From the NCBI GenBank assembly GCA_039096225.1, contig JBBPEB010000005.1:992001-1056000 (forward strand): DNA of 64,000 nt. The letters run 5' to 3'. The notes under the pieces are model-generated. The model was not told where the DNA came from. It searched no databases and was given only the letters and a program-made list of their open reading frames with translations. The stretch comes from Blastocystis sp. Blastoise. Its lineage: Eukaryota > Protista > Bigyra: Opalinata. Of the stretch, positions 1-8,852 are shown one piece after another. The first letter of the stretch is position 1, and each line of letters opens with the position of its first letter. The translations under genes and the position numbers were made by a program.

Positions 1-705
1 ACTATACCTACATGTATTCAAGTTGATTATCAAAATACAAGATTAACTACTAATCATTTCAATATCAATAGAGCTTTACCATTTATACCTGAATATATAT
101 TATTTTGGTTTACAAATGGTTATAGTTCAACAACTATTAGTAATATAGCTAGTCCAAATGTATGGCCAACATATCAAAGTTGTTTGATTGGTGATGTTCA
201 AATGTTCCCTCAAACTGAATTCCCTACTCAAATGTATTATCATAATCTTACTACAAAAGGTCATGTCTTCAATAATGCAGAAACTACTAGTTTATCTTGT
301 CCTAATAAGAATTTATATTGTTTATGGGCTGATAATTCAAATCCTGAAACTATTCTTAAATATGATGAATGGATTAAACATCCTATTTATATTATTCCAA
401 CAAAATCATTAATGAATATCCAATCAGATAGTGGTATTGAATTGAATTTCGATTGTAATGTTGATGTTCATGATGTTAAATATGAACATATTGATTCATC
501 CACTGTTCCTGATGGACAAACGTGTCAATGGAAAAGTTACGTTGATCCAACAGATAAAAAGACAAAATATCATTGGGAAGCTGATACTGCCTCTTATAAG
601 GTAGCTTCTCATGCTGGTATTTATAAACATACTACTACTGATCTAAGTGATAGTTCTCCTTATACCTTACATATGATTGCTGTACGTAGTGTACGTGATA
701 TTTAA
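1..705 (+). CDS. Major capsid protein-like paralog 1 (C-terminal part; 5' end outside window)
   Basis: Frame is open from base 1 (TIPTCIQ...NRALPFIPEYILFWFTN...IGDVQMFPQTEFPT...LYCLWADNSNP...WIKHPIYIIP...SGIELNF...YTLH...VRD). It is collinear with the C-terminal half of ORF 885-2108. Confidence 0.7.
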   Translation, partial: TIPTCIQVDYQNTRLTTNHFNINRALPFIPEYILFWFTNGYSSTTISNIASPNVWPTYQSCLIGDVQMFPQTEFPTQMYYHNLTTKGHVFNNAETTSLSCPNKNLYCLWADNSNPETILKYDEWIKHPIYIIPTKSLMNIQSDSGIELNFDCNVDVHDVKYEHIDSSTVPDGQTCQWKSYVDPTDKKTKYHWEADTASYKVASHAGIYKHTTTDLSDSSPYTLHMIAVRSVRDI

Positions 706-884
706 ATTTAATATTTCTTACTTACTATTCTTAACGTTAACTTGTTTAATTAATTCTATTCTATTCTATAATACAATCATTTGTTTTGTTATAAAAATTA
801 AAATTAATTAATAATTATAAAATATTATTATTTTTTTTATTTTTTATTTTGTTAAAAAGAAATATATAAACAATAATTATTAAC

Positions 885-2108
885 ATGGAAGGATTCCCAA
901 GACAATTCTTACCTTCAAAGGCAAATCAAACTATTAAACCTGTACAAATTCCTATTCTAGTTTCTACAAGTCAGGATTTATTAAATCAACCTTATCCATT
1001 TGAATTCTTATATAATTCAGTGGATAGCCCTTATATTGATTTCAGTAATTCATTCTTAGAACTGAATTTCAATATTACTGGTACTAGAGACAAAAATTCA
1101 ACATCTTCAGTTGTACAACATTCTAATATCTATAGTATTATTGATAAGATTACTACAGATCTTACATTTGTATCTCCGACGGGTCAAGATATTCTTATTA
1201 ATTATTCTGAATCTTCTATTGAATCCAGTAAAGCAAGAAAATTTGTTACTATTAAAGAATTAAGTAAAGATGAAATTGATAAATCTATGTATAGTATGAC
1301 AGAATGCTTATATAATAACACGTTGAGTAGTATTGCTGGAATGGAAATGAAAGAAAAAGCTCAAGTTATTATTCCTTTATCTCTTATTACTGGTCTTGGT
1401 ACATTTGATTGTGCTATTAAAGTAAAATCTTTGAAGATGCAATTCGTTACAAATTATTTAAAGAATCTATTTACCGGTACCACTGTAATCACTGCATTGA
1501 AATTTGATCGTGTTTATATTCATCTTCAACAAATCTATGATATTAATTTTGGTAATGATCCACGTGCTTTGATTAAATGTATTCCTAATAATTGTCAGAT
1601 ATCTGCATTCACTACACCTGTTTATTCACAAGCATCAGTATCAGGTACACCAACTCCACAACAATTCTTATCCAATAGAAGTGTTGTTTTCGTTCCTGAT
1701 TATTGTATGTTATACTTCACAAATCAAGAGAAGAGCATGATTCCTATTAAAACTGAATTATTAAAATCATGTCAATTCCAAATTGGTGGTCAAAATATCT
1801 TACCAAAGACGGATTTCCCTACTACGTATAAAACAACGAATCCATCACAAATTATTCCTAATGCTATGCTTTATAATACTTGGAGATGTAATAGTCATCC
1901 TCAATCTCCTTTAAACGGTGAAAAGTGGTATGAACAACCTATTTATATATTCCCTATTTCAAGTGTTGTTGATGTCAATACGCGTAGTGGTTGTGAAGTT
2001 AATATCTCATTATTAACTGAATATACTGGTGGAACTGTTACTGGTTCTTATACTTTATATGCTCATTTTATATTTGTTAAATTTGTTAGAGATGGTGCTA
2101 CCAATTAA
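885..2108 (+). CDS. Double jelly-roll major capsid protein-like (Polinton/PLV type), 407 aa
   Basis: Size and beta-rich pattern. Polinton-MCP-like motifs YIDFSNSFLELNFNI, SNIYSIIDKI, VIIPLSLITG, P-DYCMLYF, IGGQNILP and PIYIFP. Adjacent to a penton-like gene and the ATPase. Confidence 0.75.
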   Translation: MEGFPRQFLPSKANQTIKPVQIPILVSTSQDLLNQPYPFEFLYNSVDSPYIDFSNSFLELNFNITGTRDKNSTSSVVQHSNIYSIIDKITTDLTFVSPTGQDILINYSESSIESSKARKFVTIKELSKDEIDKSMYSMTECLYNNTLSSIAGMEMKEKAQVIIPLSLITGLGTFDCAIKVKSLKMQFVTNYLKNLFTGTTVITALKFDRVYIHLQQIYDINFGNDPRALIKCIPNNCQISAFTTPVYSQASVSGTPTPQQFLSNRSVVFVPDYCMLYFTNQEKSMIPIKTELLKSCQFQIGGQNILPKTDFPTTYKTTNPSQIIPNAMLYNTWRCNSHPQSPLNGEKWYEQPIYIFPISSVVDVNTRSGCEVNISLLTEYTGGTVTGSYTLYAHFIFVKFVRDGATN

Positions 2109-2208
2109 TTTATTTATTTGATATTTTTATTATTTGTATCAACTTTATATTATTCTAAAAAAAAATATTGTTTTGTTTATAATTTCATAATTAATTCATT
2201 TAATAAAA

Positions 2209-2880
2209 ATGACATCAATATCTCATCTAAGTAAAATTACAAGTCAAATCTGTCATGAACAATTCAATTATACACTTGATCTAGTGGGTAAAAATATAAC
2301 TCATATCAATACATTAGTGAATACAAGTGATATCATCAATATTCCAGAATTCAATATTGAATTTTATGAAAATGCTGGTAGATTTACATTTCCAGCTGGA
2401 AATTATACTTTAGAAGTTTTTTTAGATCAATTATATGAAATTGGGAAAAAAATGAAATCCTATGTTGAAGGAGAACCTTATGGTTTCAGTTATAATAAAG
2501 AAACTAAAACTTTTAAATCAAATCATTATTTTGAATGTGGTCGTAGTGCTGGACTATTTAAATACTTAGGCATCAAATCAGTATACTTTTCACCGGGTGA
2601 TACAATCGTATTTACTGATGAATATATATCCAAGAATATATCATGGTATAAGATCTATATGTTACGTGTATATTGTGATATTATTAATAAAGATAATGAT
2701 TTGATTTCTATTCCTTTATATGCTAAACAAGGATTTGATAATACATTTGCTTTAAGTGATTTATCTATTCCATGTATTGATGGTAAATATACAGATATCC
2801 AATGGGAAGTATATGATCAATTAAATAATCCAATTGATTTATCAAATACAAATCTTTATATATACTTTACAGCATCTTAA
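2209..2880 (+). CDS. Minor capsid (penton) protein-like, 223 aa
   Basis: Motifs FPAGNYTL, LFKYLGI, LRVYCDII and IQWEVYDQLNNPIDL...IYF match the pattern of Polinton/PLV single-jelly-roll minor capsid proteins. Located between the MCP and the ATPase. Confidence 0.75.
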   Translation: MTSISHLSKITSQICHEQFNYTLDLVGKNITHINTLVNTSDIINIPEFNIEFYENAGRFTFPAGNYTLEVFLDQLYEIGKKMKSYVEGEPYGFSYNKETKTFKSNHYFECGRSAGLFKYLGIKSVYFSPGDTIVFTDEYISKNISWYKIYMLRVYCDIINKDNDLISIPLYAKQGFDNTFALSDLSIPCIDGKYTDIQWEVYDQLNNPIDLSNTNLYIYFTAS

Positions 2881-2950
2881 TAAAATCATTTATTTATCAT
2901 TAACTTATCATTAATTATTTTTTTTGTTTTGTTGATAAAAATCATATAAA

Positions 2951-3988
2951 ATGGTGAATAAAATAAATCCATTAAAAGAAACACGTAAAGGATGTGGAGT
3001 TTTAGAATTCAAATATGGAAAATCACATCATAAAACATATGAATCAAAATTTATATTGATTATTGCAAGAACATTCTCAGGTAAATCTTTCTTAACTGTG
3101 AACCTCTTATGTTCTATGGATCTTAAAAATAAATATAAACAAGTCACAGTAATTTGTCCTGATGCATCCAATAAGAATGAATGTTATACATCCTTTCAAG
3201 ATATTTGTGAACATGCTGGAATTGATTATAAATGGTATGATTCTGTAGATGATAAATTTAAAAAGATTAAAACTGTTGATGAATTAGTCAATACATATAA
3301 ATTACCAGAACATAATTTTATTGTATTGGATGATATCTATCCATTATCTAGACAAACCAAACAATTGATTGTATCTATATTATCTAAAGGTCGTCATTAT
3401 AAACAGAATGCTATTATATGTCTTCAAAGTCATACAGATGTTACCAATCAATCTATATTAAGTCAAGTATCTCATTTCTTTATTAATAGTCAAATCTTAA
3501 AACGTGATCCTGGATTCTTACCAGATAAATTAAAGATTATGCCATCAAATCTAAATGAAATTCTTACAGATGAAGAATTAATGAATGATCCACATCAATT
3601 CTTTATGTTAAAACAAGGTAGTGATGATTTAACGATATGGACTAATCCTGATTGTGGTAGTAAACAGAATGTATATAAGATGGTAAAGAAAAGGAAATGG
3701 ACAGAAGAAGATAGTGAAAAAGAGAAACGAGAAGAACAAGGTGAAGTATCAGGTAGTGGATTGAAACGTCCTAATGAACATATATCTACATATGAAAAGA
3801 AAATGAAGAAGTTTTTACCTGTTGAAGAAGAAGTCTCATTGAAAGGTATTGAACGAGATGAAAAAGATAAACCTAAAGAATCCATCTTACAAATCATACA
3901 AGATCAAATCATACAAGATAGTCAACGACGCATTTTCAATCCTTATTTAAATAAAAAGCATTATTCTGGTTATCCATCTTTTCATTAA
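2951..3988 (+). CDS. A32/FtsK-HerA family viral genome-packaging ATPase
   Basis: Walker A variant ILIIARTFSGKS, Walker B FIVLDD, and the A32-type arginine-finger/Q motif SKGRHYKQNAIICLQ. Confidence 0.9.
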   Translation: MVNKINPLKETRKGCGVLEFKYGKSHHKTYESKFILIIARTFSGKSFLTVNLLCSMDLKNKYKQVTVICPDASNKNECYTSFQDICEHAGIDYKWYDSVDDKFKKIKTVDELVNTYKLPEHNFIVLDDIYPLSRQTKQLIVSILSKGRHYKQNAIICLQSHTDVTNQSILSQVSHFFINSQILKRDPGFLPDKLKIMPSNLNEILTDEELMNDPHQFFMLKQGSDDLTIWTNPDCGSKQNVYKMVKKRKWTEEDSEKEKREEQGEVSGSGLKRPNEHISTYEKKMKKFLPVEEEVSLKGIERDEKDKPKESILQIIQDQIIQDSQRRIFNPYLNKKHYSGYPSFH

Positions 3989-4040
3989 TTTTTTATATTT
4001 TAATTTATTATATAAACCATAATTATTTTATTGTTTTGTT

Positions 4041-5066
4041 ATGAGTTCAATTACAAAAAGATATTTAAAACAAAATTGTGATCCACGATTATTTGGAGGA
4101 TCACCACCAAAATCAAATAGACGTGATCTTTATCATAAACGTTATGTAAGATATGGAGGAACTGGATTTGAAGAAATTGTTAGACAACAAACTAGAGATG
4201 CTGATTGGGCTGATTTTAAAAATGGTGTCTATACTGCATTACCTATTTTAGGTACATTAGGAGCATTTGCTGGATATAATTATTATCAGAAACGTAAAGA
4301 ACAAAAACGTCAAGAAAAAGCAAAAGAAGAAAAGAAAAGACAATTTGAAGAACATATTGAAGATGCTAATAGAGATGATGAATTATATAATGATGATGCT
4401 ACTTATCAACCAAAGAGAATAACAAGAAAAATGATGGCTGATGATGATAAAGATTTTGATGATAATGTTGTTGATGAAGATGATTATGGTCAAGGTACCC
4501 ATAGAAGGCATCAGAAACATCGTAAAGAACATGGGAGTCACCGAGAAAAAGAAAAGAAAACAAGTAAATTCGTTACTCCTCAAATAAGAATTATTGCTAA
4601 GAAGTCTATTCGTTCTAGTAATGTAAAATCTAATAAGAAGAAATTACAAGATATTAAAGAACGATTACCTAAAAATGATGAGCATGTGTCTGTACGTGAT
4701 ATTGTTAATGTTGTTATCGATAAAGAATATCCTATGGATCCAAAACAAAAGCATTCTATTATTGCGAATACTGCTATTAAAACTATTAAAACGATTGTTC
4801 CTATTGTAGTGAATGCATTAAAATACTATTATCCTTCTCTTGGTATCCCTATTGATTTCGCTTATAATATGATTACTACTGATGATGATAAGAAACGTAA
4901 AGAAACTGCTGATAACTATTTTAAAAATCCTAGTGGAAGTGGTGTTACAAAAGAGAATGCTGAACGTTGTGGTGGTGCTCTTGTCAACTCTACATCCTTT
5001 GATACTACTACTAATTTAATTATTAATCTTGTTCAATTCTTCTTAAAAAAATTTCATTTAAATTAA
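4041..5066 (+). CDS. Putative virion core protein precursor
   Basis: Intact 341-aa ORF with LFGG, RYGG, YGQG, SGSG and RCGG motifs, a hydrophobic segment (ALPILGTLGAFAGYNYY), and alternating acidic and basic blocks. Function is inferred from context. Confidence 0.55.
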   Translation: MSSITKRYLKQNCDPRLFGGSPPKSNRRDLYHKRYVRYGGTGFEEIVRQQTRDADWADFKNGVYTALPILGTLGAFAGYNYYQKRKEQKRQEKAKEEKKRQFEEHIEDANRDDELYNDDATYQPKRITRKMMADDDKDFDDNVVDEDDYGQGTHRRHQKHRKEHGSHREKEKKTSKFVTPQIRIIAKKSIRSSNVKSNKKKLQDIKERLPKNDEHVSVRDIVNVVIDKEYPMDPKQKHSIIANTAIKTIKTIVPIVVNALKYYYPSLGIPIDFAYNMITTDDDKKRKETADNYFKNPSGSGVTKENAERCGGALVNSTSFDTTTNLIINLVQFFLKKFHLN

Positions 5067-5142
5067 TTATTTTAACTTTTATTATTTCATAATTAATTAT
5101 TTGTTTTGTTATATAATTATTTTTAAATTAATACAATAAATA

Positions 5143-6321
5143 ATGCAAAGTAATTTAGGAGATAGTGTAACTCTCTATGATATTTTATCAAGAAATCAGA
5201 AAAAACAATCTTGGGATCCATGGTTACCGAATTCATATATTTGTCAAGATGAACAACCTGTACAACCTTTAGCACATGATCCTAATGCACAAGGATCTAT
5301 GTATAGCTCAATGGCAGTTCAAGCATTGAGAAATCATGGTCAATCAACTGAAGATATGTTTATAGCTACTATGAATTCAGCTAAAGCTAATGGAGATACT
5401 GCAAGATACTCATCTATGTTATCTCAATGGCAAACTAATTATGGTGTACCTACTACCAGTAAGATATGGTATGATGCTAGTAATCCTAATAATTATCAAT
5501 ATGAAACGTTATTATCTTCAATAAAAGGCTTAAATGGATTGAATTCAGAAGCATATAAACAGAATAAAGAGAATTATGAATTCTATTCAAATGCTCAAAA
5601 AGATATGTATGATCAATTAAACAATATTTCATATCAAATTAAAACAAATAATGATGACATTCATGCTGAAGCAGCATCAATGAAACAAAATATGACTAAT
5701 AATTATGAAAATCTACATAAAGATAACGAATATTTGAACTCAAAGATGGATACAAATGAAAATAATCGTCAATCAGATAATAATATTACAAACTCTAAAA
5801 TGGATACATATGAAAATAATCGTAAAAAAGATGTTAACAATACAAATTCGAAGATGGATAAATATGAAAATAATCGTCATCAAGACTACAACAATACACA
5901 ATCTAGAATGGATAAATATGAAAAGAATCGTCAAAATGATACTAATAAAACAAACGCTAAGATGGATGAATATGAAAGTAACCGTAAAAAAGATGCCAAA
6001 GCATTTGAAGATAAGATGGATGAACAAGGTATGCATTATGATATTGTTGAAAGTGGCATACCATTCACAATTTATGTTAATGGTAAGAACTCAAAAGTAA
6101 TATGTAATCAGCCAGAGTTTAAGGATCAGGTATTCCTTCTTAAAGATGAAAAGATTTATGTCAGATCAGCTGAAAAGTCAGGTTATATATATAAAAAGTA
6201 CGGAACAATGCCACTTGATGAATTCATTAGCAAATATAATGAAGGCTTATTTAATGAAAATAAGGCACTTCCTGATAAAGAACATAGTGGATTAAGAAAT
6301 CATCAAAACGATGAAACTTAA
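5143..6321 (+). CDS. Viral protein with 18-aa tandem repeat coiled coil (fibre/spike candidate)
   Basis: 392-aa ORF. Five full copies plus a partial copy of SKMDxYExNRxxDxNxTN at 54-bp spacing (5740, 5794, 5848, 5902, 5956, 6010). Confidence 0.6.
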   Translation: MQSNLGDSVTLYDILSRNQKKQSWDPWLPNSYICQDEQPVQPLAHDPNAQGSMYSSMAVQALRNHGQSTEDMFIATMNSAKANGDTARYSSMLSQWQTNYGVPTTSKIWYDASNPNNYQYETLLSSIKGLNGLNSEAYKQNKENYEFYSNAQKDMYDQLNNISYQIKTNNDDIHAEAASMKQNMTNNYENLHKDNEYLNSKMDTNENNRQSDNNITNSKMDTYENNRKKDVNNTNSKMDKYENNRHQDYNNTQSRMDKYEKNRQNDTNKTNAKMDEYESNRKKDAKAFEDKMDEQGMHYDIVESGIPFTIYVNGKNSKVICNQPEFKDQVFLLKDEKIYVRSAEKSGYIYKKYGTMPLDEFISKYNEGLFNENKALPDKEHSGLRNHQNDET

Positions 6322-6443
6322 TAGACTATATTATATTTACTTATTTATGCAATATTATGTTTGCCATTTAAGTTATAATTTTGTTAATATATATTTATTT
6401 TTTTGTTTTGTTTTAAAATTCATAATTATTTTATTAAACTAAA

Positions 6444-7934
6444 ATGATACAAAGTGCTCGTTTAAATGTTTCAAATAAAGGATTAGTAGGCGTAAATCAT
6501 CGTGCTACTGGTCATGAATATCGAAATTATATTGTTCCAGGATCTATTCCTGATGGAGAAGAACGTTATCCAATTAATTATTCTATTGCTCCAAATTCAT
6601 TATATGCTGTTAAGAAAATTGAAAGTAATATGGTCAATAGAGCAACATCCAATCCATTTTTCTCCTATTTATCAGAAACCAGACAAGATATTATACAAAG
6701 TTCCTTAGAAGAATCAGAAGAAAGTGAACCAATAGATGAAGGATCTGGGTTATTACCTGATGGTAGAATTCCGAAGAATTTCACAAGAAAACTCATTTAT
6801 GCTCATGATTATGTCTTACCTTATATGAAACAAAATCATATGTCTGATTATGCTAAATATTCTAGATTATTAAATCCTCGTACAATTGATAGTGCAATTG
6901 ATTTTACTAAAAGAGATCGTGATGGTTATTTATATTCTAGAGGTGGTAATTTATTTTCTAATATTTATCACACTGTGAGTGATGTATATAATGTGTCTGA
7001 TAAATTAACTGGAGGTATTAATAACATCACTCATGGAATAAGTAATGCTGTTGATTATGGTGCAAATAAATTCAAAGATCTCAAGAATTGGTGGAGAGAT
7101 ATTAATGTTGATCCACAAGAAGGATTCAATGATATTAAAGGAAAACTTGTAAGTGATAGAAACAATTTATATGATAATTGGAAATTAACTGATGATAATG
7201 AAGCTAAGAAAAATAATAAAATATTAGCTGATAACTATTTCAGATTTGCTCATATGTCAGGTAATGATACTAAAGAACAAAGACTTAACAAAAAGGTATC
7301 TTTAGATAATCAAGCAACAACATTTCATAAAAATTATATTCCATATGCAGAAAACCCAACATTTGTTAATAAAGTTGTTAATACTGCAACAAATGTATCA
7401 AAACCTGTGTATAATGGCGTTAAGAAAGTTGCAAACTCTATTGTTAGTGGTACAAAGAACGCGTTTAATAGTTTTTCTAATTGGTGGTATGGTAAAAATC
7501 CAGAGGAAGAAATACCACAAACAGAAAATCCAATAGAAACAAATAATAATGTTATACCAACTTCTTCATCTACCCCTGATACTCTAACTCTAGAAAATAT
7601 TCATAATATTACCATAGAAGATTCAAATCCTCCAAATTTAATTCCTCTTATGAATGATCCTACTGTTCCTTTACCTGATACTGTTCCAATGTCTCAAGCA
7701 ATAACGAATAAATTCACTCCAAATATTACACCTGTAGCCCCGATTCCTAATCCAGTAGAAAATGTCACTCTTGAAAATAATAATAAACGAAATAAAAAAG
7801 AAGATGATGAATTTCAATCATTTGATGAAGATGATGGTGAGGTATTTTATGATCTCGAAGAAGGTAATGGATTACGTAGAAAAAGACGTATTTCAAAAAA
7901 TAAAAAATTAAGAAATAAACGTAGAAAACATTAG
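6444..7934 (+). CDS. Putative virion core / membrane-penetration precursor (adenovirus pVI-like organisation)
   Basis: 496 aa. EGSG, SRGG and LTGG motifs followed by amphipathic helices ending in NWW, a Pro-rich region, an acidic patch, and a C-terminal EGNG-LRRKRR basic tail. Confidence 0.55.
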   Translation: MIQSARLNVSNKGLVGVNHRATGHEYRNYIVPGSIPDGEERYPINYSIAPNSLYAVKKIESNMVNRATSNPFFSYLSETRQDIIQSSLEESEESEPIDEGSGLLPDGRIPKNFTRKLIYAHDYVLPYMKQNHMSDYAKYSRLLNPRTIDSAIDFTKRDRDGYLYSRGGNLFSNIYHTVSDVYNVSDKLTGGINNITHGISNAVDYGANKFKDLKNWWRDINVDPQEGFNDIKGKLVSDRNNLYDNWKLTDDNEAKKNNKILADNYFRFAHMSGNDTKEQRLNKKVSLDNQATTFHKNYIPYAENPTFVNKVVNTATNVSKPVYNGVKKVANSIVSGTKNAFNSFSNWWYGKNPEEEIPQTENPIETNNNVIPTSSSTPDTLTLENIHNITIEDSNPPNLIPLMNDPTVPLPDTVPMSQAITNKFTPNITPVAPIPNPVENVTLENNNKRNKKEDDEFQSFDEDDGEVFYDLEEGNGLRRKRRISKNKKLRNKRRKH

Positions 7935-7983
7935 TTAATTTTATTTTGTTTTATTTATTATTATTTTTAAAAACTAAACAATT

Positions 7984-7992
7984 TGTTTTGTT
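7984..7992 (+). terminator. TGTTTTGTT putative polyadenylation-associated motif (one of many copies)
   Basis: The same 9-mer occurs 36-83 nt after each of the seven viral + strand stop codons, and also after host and hAT genes (e.g. 25268, 40622, 41660). Confidence 0.6.
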
Positions 7993-8008
7993 ATTTATAA
8001 AAATTAAT

Positions 8009-8176
8009 TTAAAAATCAATAAAATTCTTGATATAATCTTCGTAATCATCCTCACTTTCAGTTTGAATAGTATCCATTTCAGAATCACTATCACTTAATT
8101 CATCAACTTCAAAGTTTCCATAAGGTTTCCAAGTACCTTGTTTATAATCTGGAGCAAATTGCTTTGGAGAATTCAT
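8009..8176 (-). CDS. Small acidic protein, 55 aa (below ORF-track cutoff)
   Basis: MNSPKQFAPDYKQGTWKPYGNFEVDELSDSDSEMDTIQTESEDDYEDYIKNFIDF*. Coding-like composition between AT-rich spacers, convergent with the structural genes. Confidence 0.65.
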   Translation of the reverse strand: MNSPKQFAPDYKQGTWKPYGNFEVDELSDSDSEMDTIQTESEDDYEDYIKNFIDF

Positions 8177-8221
8177 AATAAATAGTATAAAAATAGAAAA
8201 AATTCACAATACAATTTTATT

Positions 8222-8251
8222 GTTCTAGAATGTTCTAGAATGTTCTCGAAA
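8222..8251. promoter_or_regulatory. Perfect heat-shock-element-like array (six alternating nTTCn/nGAAn pentamers)
   Basis: gTTCt aGAAt gTTCt aGAAt gTTCt cGAAa, 46-75 bp upstream of the ATG at 8176. Confidence 0.55.
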
Positions 8252-8852
8252 ATTTTTAGTTTTCCATATCGGTCGGTCATGTTTCCAAAAGTCTCTCGTT
8301 ATAGTCGTGGTGGTGGGTACATCTTTTTACAAGACCACACCACCACCAGCTTTTCTTTCACCCACTATAAATACATACCTTGATCACTTTACTCTTTTTA
8401 TATAATTTTTTTATGATTATCATGACTTTTTATATTATTTATTGATCACTATACATACATTTTTATTTTTATATATTCCCGTGATTATTTTTATTATTTC
8501 TTTTTAGATAGAACCATCCATTTCATCTTTTCTCTATATAAAGGGAGGGTCGGGGTGTGTGTTTATTTAGCACATTCTGTGCTTCTTTTCGTATTTCTTT
8601 CTGTATTCCCGTGATTATTTTACTCACTTTACCAACGATGGAGTCATTTTCCATGAATATTCCCTGTAAAGGGGAGGGTTGGACTGTGTATTTTATTTCT
8701 TTTATGATTACTATGAGTTTCTCCTTGATCACTTTACGTTTCACGTTGGAATCGGAACACAAATAAATTAAAAATAAATAAACATGGGAAAAAATAAATA
8801 CACACACACACTACCCTACACTCCCATGGTTATTTTACTTCAGAAATGTTAT

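Noticed and set aside
3595-7536. Short antisense or alternate-frame ORFs within the viral genes
   Set aside because: Shadows of codon bias and of the 54-bp repeat; no independent support.
8523-8807. Overlapping 94-aa and 69-aa ORFs in the subterminal region
   Set aside because: They span dispersed repeats, start at non-ATG codons and show no recognisable protein features.
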